The notes beneath the pieces were generated by a model, which did not search any database, was not told the origin of the DNA, and was given only the letters and a program-made list of their open reading frames with translations. This document shows, one piece after another, positions 55,282-64,000 of a DNA stretch of 64,000 nucleotides (positions within the stretch are counted from its first letter, which is position 1; every line of letters starts with the position of its first letter). The translations under genes were made by a program, and so were the position numbers. This stretch comes from Alkalisalibacterium limincola. Its GTDB lineage: Bacteria; Pseudomonadota; Gammaproteobacteria; Xanthomonadales; Xanthomonadaceae. The DNA lies in assembly GCF_008017755.1 (NCBI RefSeq), contig NZ_VRTS01000007.1, positions 140,501-204,500 of the forward strand, given 5' to 3'.

Positions 55282-56619
55282 ATGCCTGCCTTCTCCGCGG
55301 CGCGCGTCCAGCGTGGCCTCTATTCCCTCGCGATGCGCCTCGGATTGCCGTTGCTGCTCTACCACATGGTGTGGCGCGGGCTGCGCTATCCGGAATACTT
55401 CCGGCGCTGGGACGAGCGACTGGGCGTGTTCACGCCCTTGCCGGTCAAGCCGCGCATCTGGCTGCATGCGGTCTCGGTGGGCGAGGTGAATGCGGCCGCG
55501 CCGCTGGTCGAGGCCCTGCAGCGGCGCTACCCCGACCATGCACTGCTGGTCACCACGATCACCCCGACCGGTTCGGAGCGCGCCCGGACCCTGTGGGGTG
55601 GGGACATCGAGCACGTCTACCTGCCCTGGGACCTGCCCGGCGCGGTGGACCGCTTCTTCGACGCCTCGCGGCCGGACGTCGGCCTGATCATGGAAACCGA
55701 GATCTGGCCGAACCTCTACTTCGGCGCGCGCGCGCGCGGCATTCCGATGCTGATCGCGAACGCGCGGCTGTCGGCGCGTTCGCTGCGTGGCTACGCGCCG
55801 CTGCGCGCGCTGATCGCGCGGGCGGTGTCGGGCGTGTCCGTGGCGGCGCAGTCGAAACTCGACGCCGACCGGCTGATCGAACTGGGCGCCGACCCGGCCC
55901 GCGTGCAGGTGGCGGGCAACCTCAAGTACCACCTGCGCATCGCCGAGGGCCTGCCCGAGGCGGCGGCCGCCTGGCGCGCCACGTGGGGCACGCAGCGTCC
56001 GGTCTGGCTGGCCGCCAGCACGCATCCCGACGAGGAGCCGCAGGTGCTGTCGGTGCACCAGGCGCTGCTGCGCCACCGCCCCGACGCGCTCCTGCTGTGG
56101 GCCCCGCGCCATCCCGAGCGCTTCGAGGCGGTCATCGACGCGTCGCGCGACGCCGGCCTGCGCACCGCCACCCGCCGTGTCGAGGCGCTGCCCTCGCCGG
56201 GAACGCAATGTTTCGTCATCGACACGCTTGGCGAGCTGCTGCAGTTCCTGCCGGCGGTCGACGCCTGCTTCGTCGGCGGCAGCCTGCAGGCGATCGGCGG
56301 GCACAACGTGCTCGAGCCCGCGGCGCTCGGCGTGCCGGTCCTGGTGGGACCACACACCTTCAACTTCGTCGAGGCGACGCGGATCCTGGACGAGGCCGGT
56401 GCGCTGGTGCGCGTGCGCGATGCCCAGGCGCTGGGCCGGGAACTGCTGTCCTTGCTGGCCGACCCGGATCGTCGCGATGCGATGGGGCAGGCCGGTCGCG
56501 AACTGGTGGAGCGCCAGCGAGGCGCACTCGAACGCGTGATGGCCGCGATTGAACAGGTCTACCGACCCGACCGGCGCCACGACGCCGACGCGATCCTGCA
56601 AAGGAAACGGGGGCACTGA
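55282..56619 (+). CDS. waaA: 3-deoxy-D-manno-octulosonic acid transferase
   Basis: WLHAVSVGEVNAAAPLVEAL...; GT-B C-terminal domain. Confidence 0.9.
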   Translation: MPAFSAARVQRGLYSLAMRLGLPLLLYHMVWRGLRYPEYFRRWDERLGVFTPLPVKPRIWLHAVSVGEVNAAAPLVEALQRRYPDHALLVTTITPTGSERARTLWGGDIEHVYLPWDLPGAVDRFFDASRPDVGLIMETEIWPNLYFGARARGIPMLIANARLSARSLRGYAPLRALIARAVSGVSVAAQSKLDADRLIELGADPARVQVAGNLKYHLRIAEGLPEAAAAWRATWGTQRPVWLAASTHPDEEPQVLSVHQALLRHRPDALLLWAPRHPERFEAVIDASRDAGLRTATRRVEALPSPGTQCFVIDTLGELLQFLPAVDACFVGGSLQAIGGHNVLEPAALGVPVLVGPHTFNFVEATRILDEAGALVRVRDAQALGRELLSLLADPDRRDAMGQAGRELVERQRGALERVMAAIEQVYRPDRRHDADAILQRKRGH

Positions 56620-56655
56620 ACCCCCGTTCGCATTCCGAAGCGTTTCGCCGCGGTC

Positions 56656-58080
56656 TCAGCGCAGCGTCGGCGACGGTGTGCTGCGCTCCTCGTCCAGCGC
56701 GGCTTCGGCATCGGCCACGAGGAAGCGGTTCACCGCCTGCAGGTCACCGACCTCGACCACGCCGGCGGCCTGGCGCAGCCGCAACTGGTTGAGCAGGAAA
56801 TCGTGGCGCGAGCGGGCGTACTCGACCTCGGCGCCGAACAGTTGCTGCTGCGCGATCAGCGTATCGACGATCGTGCGGGTGCCGACCTCGAAGCCGGCCT
56901 CGGTCGCTTCCAGGGCGCTCTGTGCCGACACCACCGCCTGGCGGCGGGCCTCGACCTCGCTGACGCCAGCGGCCAGCGAGCGGTAGGCACCCCGGGTCTG
57001 GCGGGTGATCGCACGGTTCTCGGCCTCGAGCTGGTCGGCCAGCGCATCGCGCGAGTAGATCTGCTGGCGCACCCGCGACTGGGTCAGGCCGCCGGTGAAG
57101 ATCGGAACGCTCAGCGTCAGGCCCACGTTGTAGCCGTCCGAGGCGCTGCCGATCGGGCGGGTGACGTCCTGCAGGCCGCCACGCACCGTGGCGTCGCCCC
57201 AGGACGTGGTGTCGTTCCAGCCGCCGCTGGCGCTCAGGCGCGGCAGGTGCGCGGCGCGGGTGGTGGCGACGTCGTGCTCGGCGGCCTGCAGTTGCAGCGT
57301 GCGGGCGCGCAGGGTCGGGTTGTTCGACAGGGCCGTCTCGACCCAGCGCTCCAGGCCCTCCTCGTCCAGCGTCGGCTGGAAGTCGGCACCCAGGCCGCGC
57401 AGGCCGTGCAACGGGCGGCCGGTGATTTCGGCCAGCGCCTCGCGGGCGTCGTCGAGCGCGTTCTCGGCCGCGATCGCGTTGGCGCGCGAGCTGTCGTACT
57501 GCGCGCGGGCCTCGTAGACGTCGGTGATCGGCGACAGGCCCACCTCCAGGCGCACGTCGGCCTGGTCGAGCTGGCGCTTGACCGCGCGTTCCTGGGCGCG
57601 CGCGGAGGACACCGCCTGGATCGCGGTCAGCACGTTGAAGTAGGCCTCGGACACGCGGACCAGGAGCGCCTGCTGGGCGGCGACGTACTCGGCATCGGCG
57701 GCATCCGCCCGCGAGCGGCTGGCGCGCAGCTGGGTGTGGTTGGCGTGGTCGTAGACCGACTGCTGCACATTGATGCCGTAGCGGCGCTGGGTGACGTCCT
57801 GGCGCCGGTCGACCGGGAAGACCTGGTCGCCGAAGATCTCCTCGCCGTCGCTGTCGGTGCGGCTGCGCGAGATCGCGGCCTCGCCCGAAATCTGCGGCAG
57901 CAGCGCGGAGCGGCTTTGCGGCACGCCTTCGCCGGTGGCCAGGCGCTGGCTGTGCGCCGCGGCCACCTGGGGGTCGTTCAGGCGCGCCAGCTCGTAGGCG
58001 TCCATCAGGTCGGCGGCGCTGGCGCTGGCGGAAAAGCCCAGGGCCAGGGCGAGTGCGAGGGTGACGGGGCGAAGGCTCAT
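56656..58080 (-). CDS. tolC: TolC-family outer-membrane efflux protein
   Basis: Signal peptide MSLRPVTLALALALGFSASASA; two TolC repeats. Confidence 0.85.
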   Translation of the reverse strand: MSLRPVTLALALALGFSASASAADLMDAYELARLNDPQVAAAHSQRLATGEGVPQSRSALLPQISGEAAISRSRTDSDGEEIFGDQVFPVDRRQDVTQRRYGINVQQSVYDHANHTQLRASRSRADAADAEYVAAQQALLVRVSEAYFNVLTAIQAVSSARAQERAVKRQLDQADVRLEVGLSPITDVYEARAQYDSSRANAIAAENALDDAREALAEITGRPLHGLRGLGADFQPTLDEEGLERWVETALSNNPTLRARTLQLQAAEHDVATTRAAHLPRLSASGGWNDTTSWGDATVRGGLQDVTRPIGSASDGYNVGLTLSVPIFTGGLTQSRVRQQIYSRDALADQLEAENRAITRQTRGAYRSLAAGVSEVEARRQAVVSAQSALEATEAGFEVGTRTIVDTLIAQQQLFGAEVEYARSRHDFLLNQLRLRQAAGVVEVGDLQAVNRFLVADAEAALDEERSTPSPTLR

Positions 58081-58101
58081 GCGGACATCCTGTGGGGTGG
58101 G

Positions 58102-58767
58102 TTACAGCGCGAAGCGCTGGACCGGCTCGGCGCCGGCGAGATGGGTCAATTCTGTCTCGAACAGGCTTTGTTCCTCCCAGCCCGAGTCGGTGCGCAGCAG
58201 GCGCACCGCTTCCTGCACCGGTGCCGGGCCGCGGATGATGAACAGACGTCCGCCGGGCTTGACCCAGGACAGGAAGCGCTCGGGCACGTCCGCCACGGCG
58301 CCGGTCACGCACACCGCGTCGAACTGCTTGCCGGGCTCGAAGGCGAAGGCGTCCGCGGTTTCCAGGCGGACGTTGTTCATGCCCAGCTCGGCCAGGCGGG
58401 CCCGGCACCGCTCGGTGAACTCGCCCTGGATGTCGATGCTGACCACCGCGCGCGCAAGGTCCGCCAGGCAGGCAGTGATGTAGCCGCTGCCGGTGCCGAT
58501 CTCCAGCACCTCGTCGCTGTCGGCGAGCTCGAGCGACTGCAGCATGCGTCCCTCGACCACCGGCTTCATCATCTGCTGCCCATGGTCCAGCGGCAGCGCG
58601 ACGTCGACATAGGCCAGCTTGCGCTGCTTGAGCGGCACGAAGTCCTCGCGCTGCAGCCGGCCGATCGTGTCGAGCACGGCCGGGTCCAGCACCTCCCAGG
58701 GCCTGACCTGCTGCTCGATCATCAGGAAGCGGGCGGCTTCGAAGTCGATGGGGGGCATGTGACGCAA
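58102..58767 (-). CDS. pcm: protein-L-isoaspartate O-methyltransferase
   Basis: SAM motif VLEIGTGSGY; PCMT-like overall; adjacent to tolC. Confidence 0.8.
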   Translation of the reverse strand: MRHMPPIDFEAARFLMIEQQVRPWEVLDPAVLDTIGRLQREDFVPLKQRKLAYVDVALPLDHGQQMMKPVVEGRMLQSLELADSDEVLEIGTGSGYITACLADLARAVVSIDIQGEFTERCRARLAELGMNNVRLETADAFAFEPGKQFDAVCVTGAVADVPERFLSWVKPGGRLFIIRGPAPVQEAVRLLRTDSGWEEQSLFETELTHLAGAEPVQRFAL

Positions 58768-58890
58768 ATCCTTGAAGCAAAAAGGGCTTGAAGTTTAATG
58801 CCGGCGCCGTTGCCGGGGAAGCGCAAGCGTCGCCGATGCGGGTGGCGGCGCAGCAGTGCCGGTGGTCACTGCGACCTTCGGCACGGTGGC

Positions 58891-59544
58891 TCAGCGGGCT
58901 CCCGGTTCCGGCCCATAGGCACTCAGGAACAGGGCCACCACCGAATCCACGTGGCGAACGGCCTGTTCCATCGTCAGCGGGGGCCGCGCCCCGATGAGCA
59001 CCTGCATGTGCGCCAGGCCCTTGACCAGGCAGAAGAAGTGCTCGGCGGCCTGGGCCGGGTCCTCGACCCGCAGCAGGCCGGTCGCGTCCGCGCGGGCCAG
59101 CAGCGCCTCGAACTCGCCCAGCAGGCGGCGTGGGCCGGCCTCGAAGAACAGCTTGGCCAGGCGGGCGTCGTGCTGGGCCTGCGCTGCCATCATCCGGTGC
59201 AGCTGGATCGCCTCCTCGCTGGTCACCAGCGCGTGGCAGCGCAGCGCGATCTCGCGCAGGCGCTCCGCGATCGGGCCGCTGTCGGGCCCGAGCTCGAAGG
59301 CCGCGTGCGGCAGCTGCTCCTCGCAGCGCTCGGTGACGGCGGCCGAGAACAGCGATTCCTTGTCGTTGAAATGACTGTAGACGGTGAGTTTGGACACGCC
59401 GGCCTCGGCCGCGATCGCGTCCATCGAGGTGGCGTCGTAGCCCTGCCGGGGAAACAGCTTCTTGGCCGCCTCCAGGATGGCCAGGCGCTTGCCGGGATCC
59501 TTCGGACGCCCCGGGCCGGGACTGGGCTGTGGCACGGCGGTCAT
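58891..59544 (-). CDS. TetR-family transcriptional regulator, divergent from RND efflux operon
   Basis: N-terminal HTH (KRLAILEAAKKLFPRQGYDATSMDAIAAEAGVSKLTVYSHF). Confidence 0.8.
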   Translation of the reverse strand: MTAVPQPSPGPGRPKDPGKRLAILEAAKKLFPRQGYDATSMDAIAAEAGVSKLTVYSHFNDKESLFSAAVTERCEEQLPHAAFELGPDSGPIAERLREIALRCHALVTSEEAIQLHRMMAAQAQHDARLAKLFFEAGPRRLLGEFEALLARADATGLLRVEDPAQAAEHFFCLVKGLAHMQVLIGARPPLTMEQAVRHVDSVVALFLSAYGPEPGAR

Positions 59545-59654
59545 CGGGGTACTACCTTTTAGTGAACTTGTGAGTTTAAATATTGGCCGACGGCGCCGCA
59601 AGGCGCGCGCGTGCTGGCACGGGCCATTGTGCGCCCAGGATGGGGAAGCTGACG

Positions 59655-60769
59655 ATGCGACGAGCGATCCGTTCCAAGGTGGGGCTTGCGGTGCTGCTGG
59701 GCAGCCTCGTGCTGTCGGCATGTGGCGCGCAGCCCTCCGGCAACGACCAGGGCCGTCCGGTCATGGTGGTGCAGCCCGAGCTTGCCGAGGCCGGGGCCAG
59801 CGTGTTCCCCGGCGAGGTCCGTGCGCGCCATGAAGTGGCCCTGGCGTTCCGGGTCGGGGGCGAGGTGGTGCGCCGGGTGGCCGAGGTCGGCGACGCCGTG
59901 GAGGAGGGTCAGGTGCTGGCCGAGCTCGACCCCAGCGACACCGGGTTGCAGGTCGATGCGGCGCGTGCCCGGCTGGCGTCGGCCGAGGCCGACCGGGTCG
60001 TGGCGCGCGCCGAGCGCGATCGCTTCGCGTCGCTGGCGGAGCGGCAGCTGGTGAGCCGGTCGATCCTGGACAACGCCGAGAATGCGCTTGCCGGTGCGCA
60101 GGCGAGGCTGGACCAGGCGCGTGCCGACCTGGAGGTGAGCCGGAACCAGTCCGGCTACACGACGCTGCGGGCGCCGGTGCCGGCGTCGTGGCCGAGCGGC
60201 AGGTCGAGACCGGCCAGGTGGTGGCGGCAGGACAGCCTGTATACGTGCTGGCGATGGACGGAGAGCGCGAAGTGGTCATCGCGGTGCCCGAACAGCGGCG
60301 CGAGGCCTTCGAGCCAGGCCGGACGGTGATGGTGGAGCTGTGGTCGCAGCCCGGCGAGCCGGTGCCGGGCGAAGTGCGCGAGCGTGCCCCCTCGGCCGAT
60401 CCCGGTGCGCGCACCTATGCGGTGCGCGTCGCGTTCGACGCCGACGTGCTGGGGGCACAGCTGGGCCAGAGCGCGCGCGTCCATGCCCGCGAGAACGGCG
60501 GCGCCAAGCTGGCCCTGCCCCTCTCGGCGGTCAGTGCGGAGGAGGGCCAGGCCTTCGTCTGGCGACTCGATCCCGCGACTTCCACCGTGCAGCGCCAGCC
60601 GGTCGAGGTGGCCGCGTTCGGCGACACCCGGGTGCGTCTCGCCGCGGGGCTGGAACCCGGTGACTGGGTGGTGCTGGCCGGCGTCCACCTGCTGCGCGAG
60701 GGCCAGCGCGTGAGCGCGGTGGATCGCGGGAACCGACCGGTGCAGGCCAGCCCAGCGCAGGCACCGTGA
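59655..60769 (+). CDS. RND efflux periplasmic adaptor (membrane fusion protein) lipoprotein (frameshift near 60180-60195)
   Basis: Lipobox LVLSAC; HlyD-like coiled coil; C-terminal beta-barrel part in ORF 60188-60769. Confidence 0.8.
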
Positions 60770-63700
60770 TGGGCTTCAACCTGTCGGAATGGTCGCTGCA
60801 CAACCGCGGGCTGGTGCTTTACGCGATGCTGTTGCTGGCGGCGCTGGGCACCTGGTCGTACTTCCAGCTCGGGCAGTCCGAGGACCCGCCGTTCACCTTC
60901 AAGGCGATGGTGATCCGCGCCTACTGGCCCGGCGCGACCGCCGAGGAGGTCTCGCGCCAGGTGACCGAGCGCCTCGAGAAGGCGGTCATGGAGACCGGGC
61001 AGTACGAGTTCGTGCGTGCCTATTCGCGCCCGGGGGAATCGCAGGTCATCTTCATGACCAAGGATGCGATGGCCTCGCGCGACATCCCCGATGTCTGGTA
61101 CCAGATCCGCAAGAAGGTCGGCGACATCGCCCACACGCTGCCACAGGGCGTGCAGGGCCCGTTCTTCAACGACGAGTTCGGCGACACCTTCGGCAACATC
61201 TACGTGCTGACCGGCGATTTCGATTATGCGGTGCTCAAGGACTACGCCGAACGCCTGCAGCTGCAGCTGCAACGCGTGCGCGACGTCGGCAAGGTCGAGC
61301 TGATCGGACTGCAGGAGGAAAAGATCTGGATCGAGCTGTCGAATACCCGGCTGGCCACGCTGGGCATCCCGCTGACCGCCGTGCAGCAGGCGCTCGACGA
61401 ACAGAACGCGATGGTGCCGTCGGGCTTCTTCGAGACCGGCAGCGACCGGATCCAGCTGCGGGTGAGCGGCGAGTTCACCGCCGTCGGGCAGATCCGTGAT
61501 TTCCCGATCCAGGCCGGGGACCGCACCTTCCGGATCGGCGACATCGCCGAGGTCAGCCGCGGCTTCTCCGATCCGCCGGCGCCGAAGATGCGCTACCAGG
61601 GCGAGGAGGGCATAGGCATCGCCGTGGCGATGCGCGAGGGCGGCAACATCATCGACCTGGGACGTCGGCTGGAGCAGGAGTTCGGGCGCCTGCAGGACCA
61701 GCTGCCGGTGGGCATGGAGCTGCAGAAGGTGGCCGACCAGCCCGCCGCGGTGCGCGCTTCGGTGGGCGAGTTCGTCAAGGTGCTGGCCGAAGCGGTCATC
61801 GTCGTGCTGCTGGTGAGCTTCTTCTCGCTGGGCTTCCGCACCGGGCTGGTGGTCGCGCTGGCGATCCCGCTGGTGCTGGCGATGACCTTCGCGCTGATGC
61901 ACTACTTCGGCATCGGCCTGCACAAGATCTCGCTGGGCGCGCTGGTGGTGGCGCTGGGCCTGCTGGTGGACGACGCGATCATCGCCGTGGAGATGATGGC
62001 GGTGAAGATGGAACAGGGCTGGAACCGCCTCAAGGCCGCCGCGTTCATGTGGAAGGCCACCGCATTCCCGATGCTGACCGGCACGCTGATCACCGCCGCG
62101 GGCTTCCTTCCGATCGCCACGGCGGCGTCGAGCACCGGCGAGTACACCCGCTCTATCTTCCAGGTGGTGACGATCGCGCTGCTGGTGAGCTGGGTGGTCG
62201 CCGTGGTGTTCGTGCCCTACCTGGGCGACAAGCTGCTGCCCGACCTGGCCCGCAAGCACGGCGCCAGCGAGACGGCGCCGCACGACCCCTACCAGACGCG
62301 CTTCTACCGGCGCTTCCGCGCACTGGTGGAGTGGTGCGTGAGGCACAACCGGCTGGTGATCGGCCTGACCGTCCTGGCGTTCGTGCTGGCGCTGGGCCTG
62401 TTCCGGTTCGTGCCGCAGCAGTTCTTCCCCGCCTCGACCCGGCTGGAGCTGCTGGTCGACCTGAAGCTGGCCGAGGGCAGTTCGCTTCGTGCGACCGAGG
62501 CGGTGGCCGCCCGCCTGGAGCAGCGCCTGGACGGGCGCGAGGGCGTGGACAACTACGTGGCCTACGTCGGCACCGGCTCGCCGCGTTTCTACCTCCCGCT
62601 GGACCAGCAGCTGCCACAGGCCAGCTTCGCCCAGTTCGTGCTGCGCGCCACCGACATCGAGGCACGCGAGGACCTGAGGCGCTGGCTGATCCAGACGCTG
62701 GAAACCGAGTTCACCGACGTGCAGGCGCGCGTGACACGGCTGGAGAACGGGCCGCCGGTGGGCTACCCGATCCAGTACCGGGTCTCGGGCGAGCATCCCG
62801 ACGCGGTACGACGCCTGGCCCTGCAGGTGGCCGACGCGGTGCGGGCCAACCCGCACCTGTCCAACGTCAACCTCGACTGGGGCGAACCCAGCAAGGTGGT
62901 GCGCCTGCAGATCGACCAGGACCGCGCGCGCGTGCTGGGGGTCAGCTCCTCGGGCCTGGCGACGTTCCTGCAGGGTTCGCTGTCGGGCACGCCGGTCAGC
63001 GTGTACCGGGAGGGGCGCGAGCTGATCGAGATCCTGCTGCGCGGCCCGGAGGACGAGCGCGAGCGGCTGTCGCTGCTGGGCAGCCTGGCGGTGCCGACCG
63101 AGCGCGGCGACACGGTGCCGGTGGAGCAGGTGGCGACGCTGGAGTACGGCTTCGAGGACGGCATCATCTGGCATCGCAACCGGCTACCGACTGTGACCGT
63201 GCGCGCGGACATCTACGGCCGCGAGCAGCCGGCGACCGTCGTTTCGCAGCTGCGTGGCGAGATGGACGCGATCCGGGCGCAGCTGCCACCGGGCTACCTG
63301 TTGGAGACCGGGGGCACGGTCGAGGACGCCGGGCGTGGCTCGGCTTCGGTGGCTGCTGGCGTGCCTCTGCTGCTGATCGTGGTGCTGAGCCTGTTGATGG
63401 TGCAGTTGCGCAGCTTCTCGCGTTCGCTGATGGTGCTGTTGACCGCGCCGCTGGGGTTGATCGGGGTGGTGTGGTTCCTGTTGATGCTTCGGGTGCCGTT
63501 CGGTTTCGTGGCGATGCTGGGCACGATCGCGCTGAGCGGGATGATCATGCGCAATTCGCTGATCCTGATCGATCAGATAGAGCAGGACATCGCGGCGGGT
63601 TCCACGCAGTGGCAGGCGGTCATCGATGCGACGGTGCGGCGCTTCCGGCCGATCGTGCTGACGGCGCTGGCGGCGGTGCTGGCGATGATTCCGCTCTCGC

Positions 63701-63831
63701 GCAGTGTGTTCTTCGGGCCGATGGCGATTTCGATCATGGGCGGGTTGCTGGTCGCTACTGCTCTGACTCTGCTTTTCCTGCCGGCGTTGTATTCGGCGTG
63801 GTTCCGGGTGCGGGCGCCGGGTTCTGCCTGA
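60766..63831 (+). CDS. RND efflux permease (AcrB/HAE1 family)
   Basis: 1021 aa, 12 TM with two large periplasmic loops; start overlaps MFP stop (GTGATG). Confidence 0.9.
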   Translation: MMGFNLSEWSLHNRGLVLYAMLLLAALGTWSYFQLGQSEDPPFTFKAMVIRAYWPGATAEEVSRQVTERLEKAVMETGQYEFVRAYSRPGESQVIFMTKDAMASRDIPDVWYQIRKKVGDIAHTLPQGVQGPFFNDEFGDTFGNIYVLTGDFDYAVLKDYAERLQLQLQRVRDVGKVELIGLQEEKIWIELSNTRLATLGIPLTAVQQALDEQNAMVPSGFFETGSDRIQLRVSGEFTAVGQIRDFPIQAGDRTFRIGDIAEVSRGFSDPPAPKMRYQGEEGIGIAVAMREGGNIIDLGRRLEQEFGRLQDQLPVGMELQKVADQPAAVRASVGEFVKVLAEAVIVVLLVSFFSLGFRTGLVVALAIPLVLAMTFALMHYFGIGLHKISLGALVVALGLLVDDAIIAVEMMAVKMEQGWNRLKAAAFMWKATAFPMLTGTLITAAGFLPIATAASSTGEYTRSIFQVVTIALLVSWVVAVVFVPYLGDKLLPDLARKHGASETAPHDPYQTRFYRRFRALVEWCVRHNRLVIGLTVLAFVLALGLFRFVPQQFFPASTRLELLVDLKLAEGSSLRATEAVAARLEQRLDGREGVDNYVAYVGTGSPRFYLPLDQQLPQASFAQFVLRATDIEAREDLRRWLIQTLETEFTDVQARVTRLENGPPVGYPIQYRVSGEHPDAVRRLALQVADAVRANPHLSNVNLDWGEPSKVVRLQIDQDRARVLGVSSSGLATFLQGSLSGTPVSVYREGRELIEILLRGPEDERERLSLLGSLAVPTERGDTVPVEQVATLEYGFEDGIIWHRNRLPTVTVRADIYGREQPATVVSQLRGEMDAIRAQLPPGYLLETGGTVEDAGRGSASVAAGVPLLLIVVLSLLMVQLRSFSRSLMVLLTAPLGLIGVVWFLLMLRVPFGFVAMLGTIALSGMIMRNSLILIDQIEQDIAAGSTQWQAVIDATVRRFRPIVLTALAAVLAMIPLSRSVFFGPMAISIMGGLLVATALTLLFLPALYSAWFRVRAPGSA

Positions 63832-63855
63832 CTTGGGTGGCTCCGATGGGGGGCC

Positions 63856-63945
63856 GCGGCGCGCCGGGTACTCCTCCCCGAATCGAAAAACCACTGCGTG
63901 GTTTCTCTTTAAAGATTCTTGGGAGGAGTACCCGGCACGCCGCGG
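63856..63945. repeat. nested inverted repeat / hairpin structure downstream of RND gene
   Basis: Outer 25-bp arms CCGCGGCGCGCCGGGTACTCCTCCCC / GGGAGGAGTACCCGGCACGCCGCGG enclosing inner palindromes GAATC..GATTC and AAACCACtgcGTGGTTT followed by CTCTTT. Confidence 0.5.
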
Positions 63946-64000
63946 CTCGGTGGGGGCAGGGGTGTCCGGTCATGGGCTTTGCAACCCGCGGGGGTGGTGG

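Overview
This is a high-GC (~70%) gammaproteobacterial chromosomal window whose gene content and order look Xanthomonadaceae/Lysobacteraceae-like. The ORF track is dominated by long off-frame or antisense 'shadow' ORFs, so I called genes by recognisable protein motifs and operon logic. I call about 50 protein-coding genes.

Genes called, in order:
- rppH, bfd-bfr (bacterioferritin).
- A hybrid sensor kinase with an Hpt domain.
- A dual-receiver GGDEF-EAL regulator.
- A coiled-coil membrane protein plus bactofilin.
- erpA, an AmpE-like protein, and an LplT-Aas fusion.
- purD, purH, fis, a DUF3426 protein, prmA, accC, accB, aroQ.
- A TlpA-like oxidoreductase, dsbD, cutA.
- A TPR/2OG-Fe(II) oxygenase-like protein.
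- groES-groEL, preceded by a CIRCE element and a sigma32-type promoter.
- A cation:proton antiporter.
- The four-gene ligase-associated DNA-damage-response (LDDR) cluster: MBL exonuclease, ATP-dependent DNA ligase, Lhr-like helicase, PdeM.
- glnE, a secreted S8 protease, an ELM1-family protein.
- A pspA-like membrane-stress locus.
- A RutE-like nitroreductase, yceI, pirin, a small zf-CHCC protein.
- An LPS core / lipid A cluster: GT4 glycosyltransferase, an O-antigen-ligase-family protein, lpxL, waaA.
- tolC, pcm, and a tetR gene divergent from an RND efflux pair (MFP and permease).

No rRNA, tRNA, CRISPR array or insertion sequence was recognisable.

Two cross-cutting observations:
- At least 15 conserved genes carry single-base frameshifts, several exactly at homopolymer runs (G9, G7, C8). 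This is most consistent with indel sequencing errors rather than biology.
- The most interesting locus is 39.9-49.4 kb. It starts with three 23-bp-phased CACATGTG palindromes. These are followed by a single stop-free ORF joining a DUF3018-like RHH module, a YjfI/DUF2170 domain and a PspA/IM30 (ESCRT-III-like) domain. Next come an NfeD-like membrane protein, a flotillin, and a ~1,760-aa uncharacterised AAA_5-type ATPase. I consider this a candidate undescribed membrane-remodelling/stress system.
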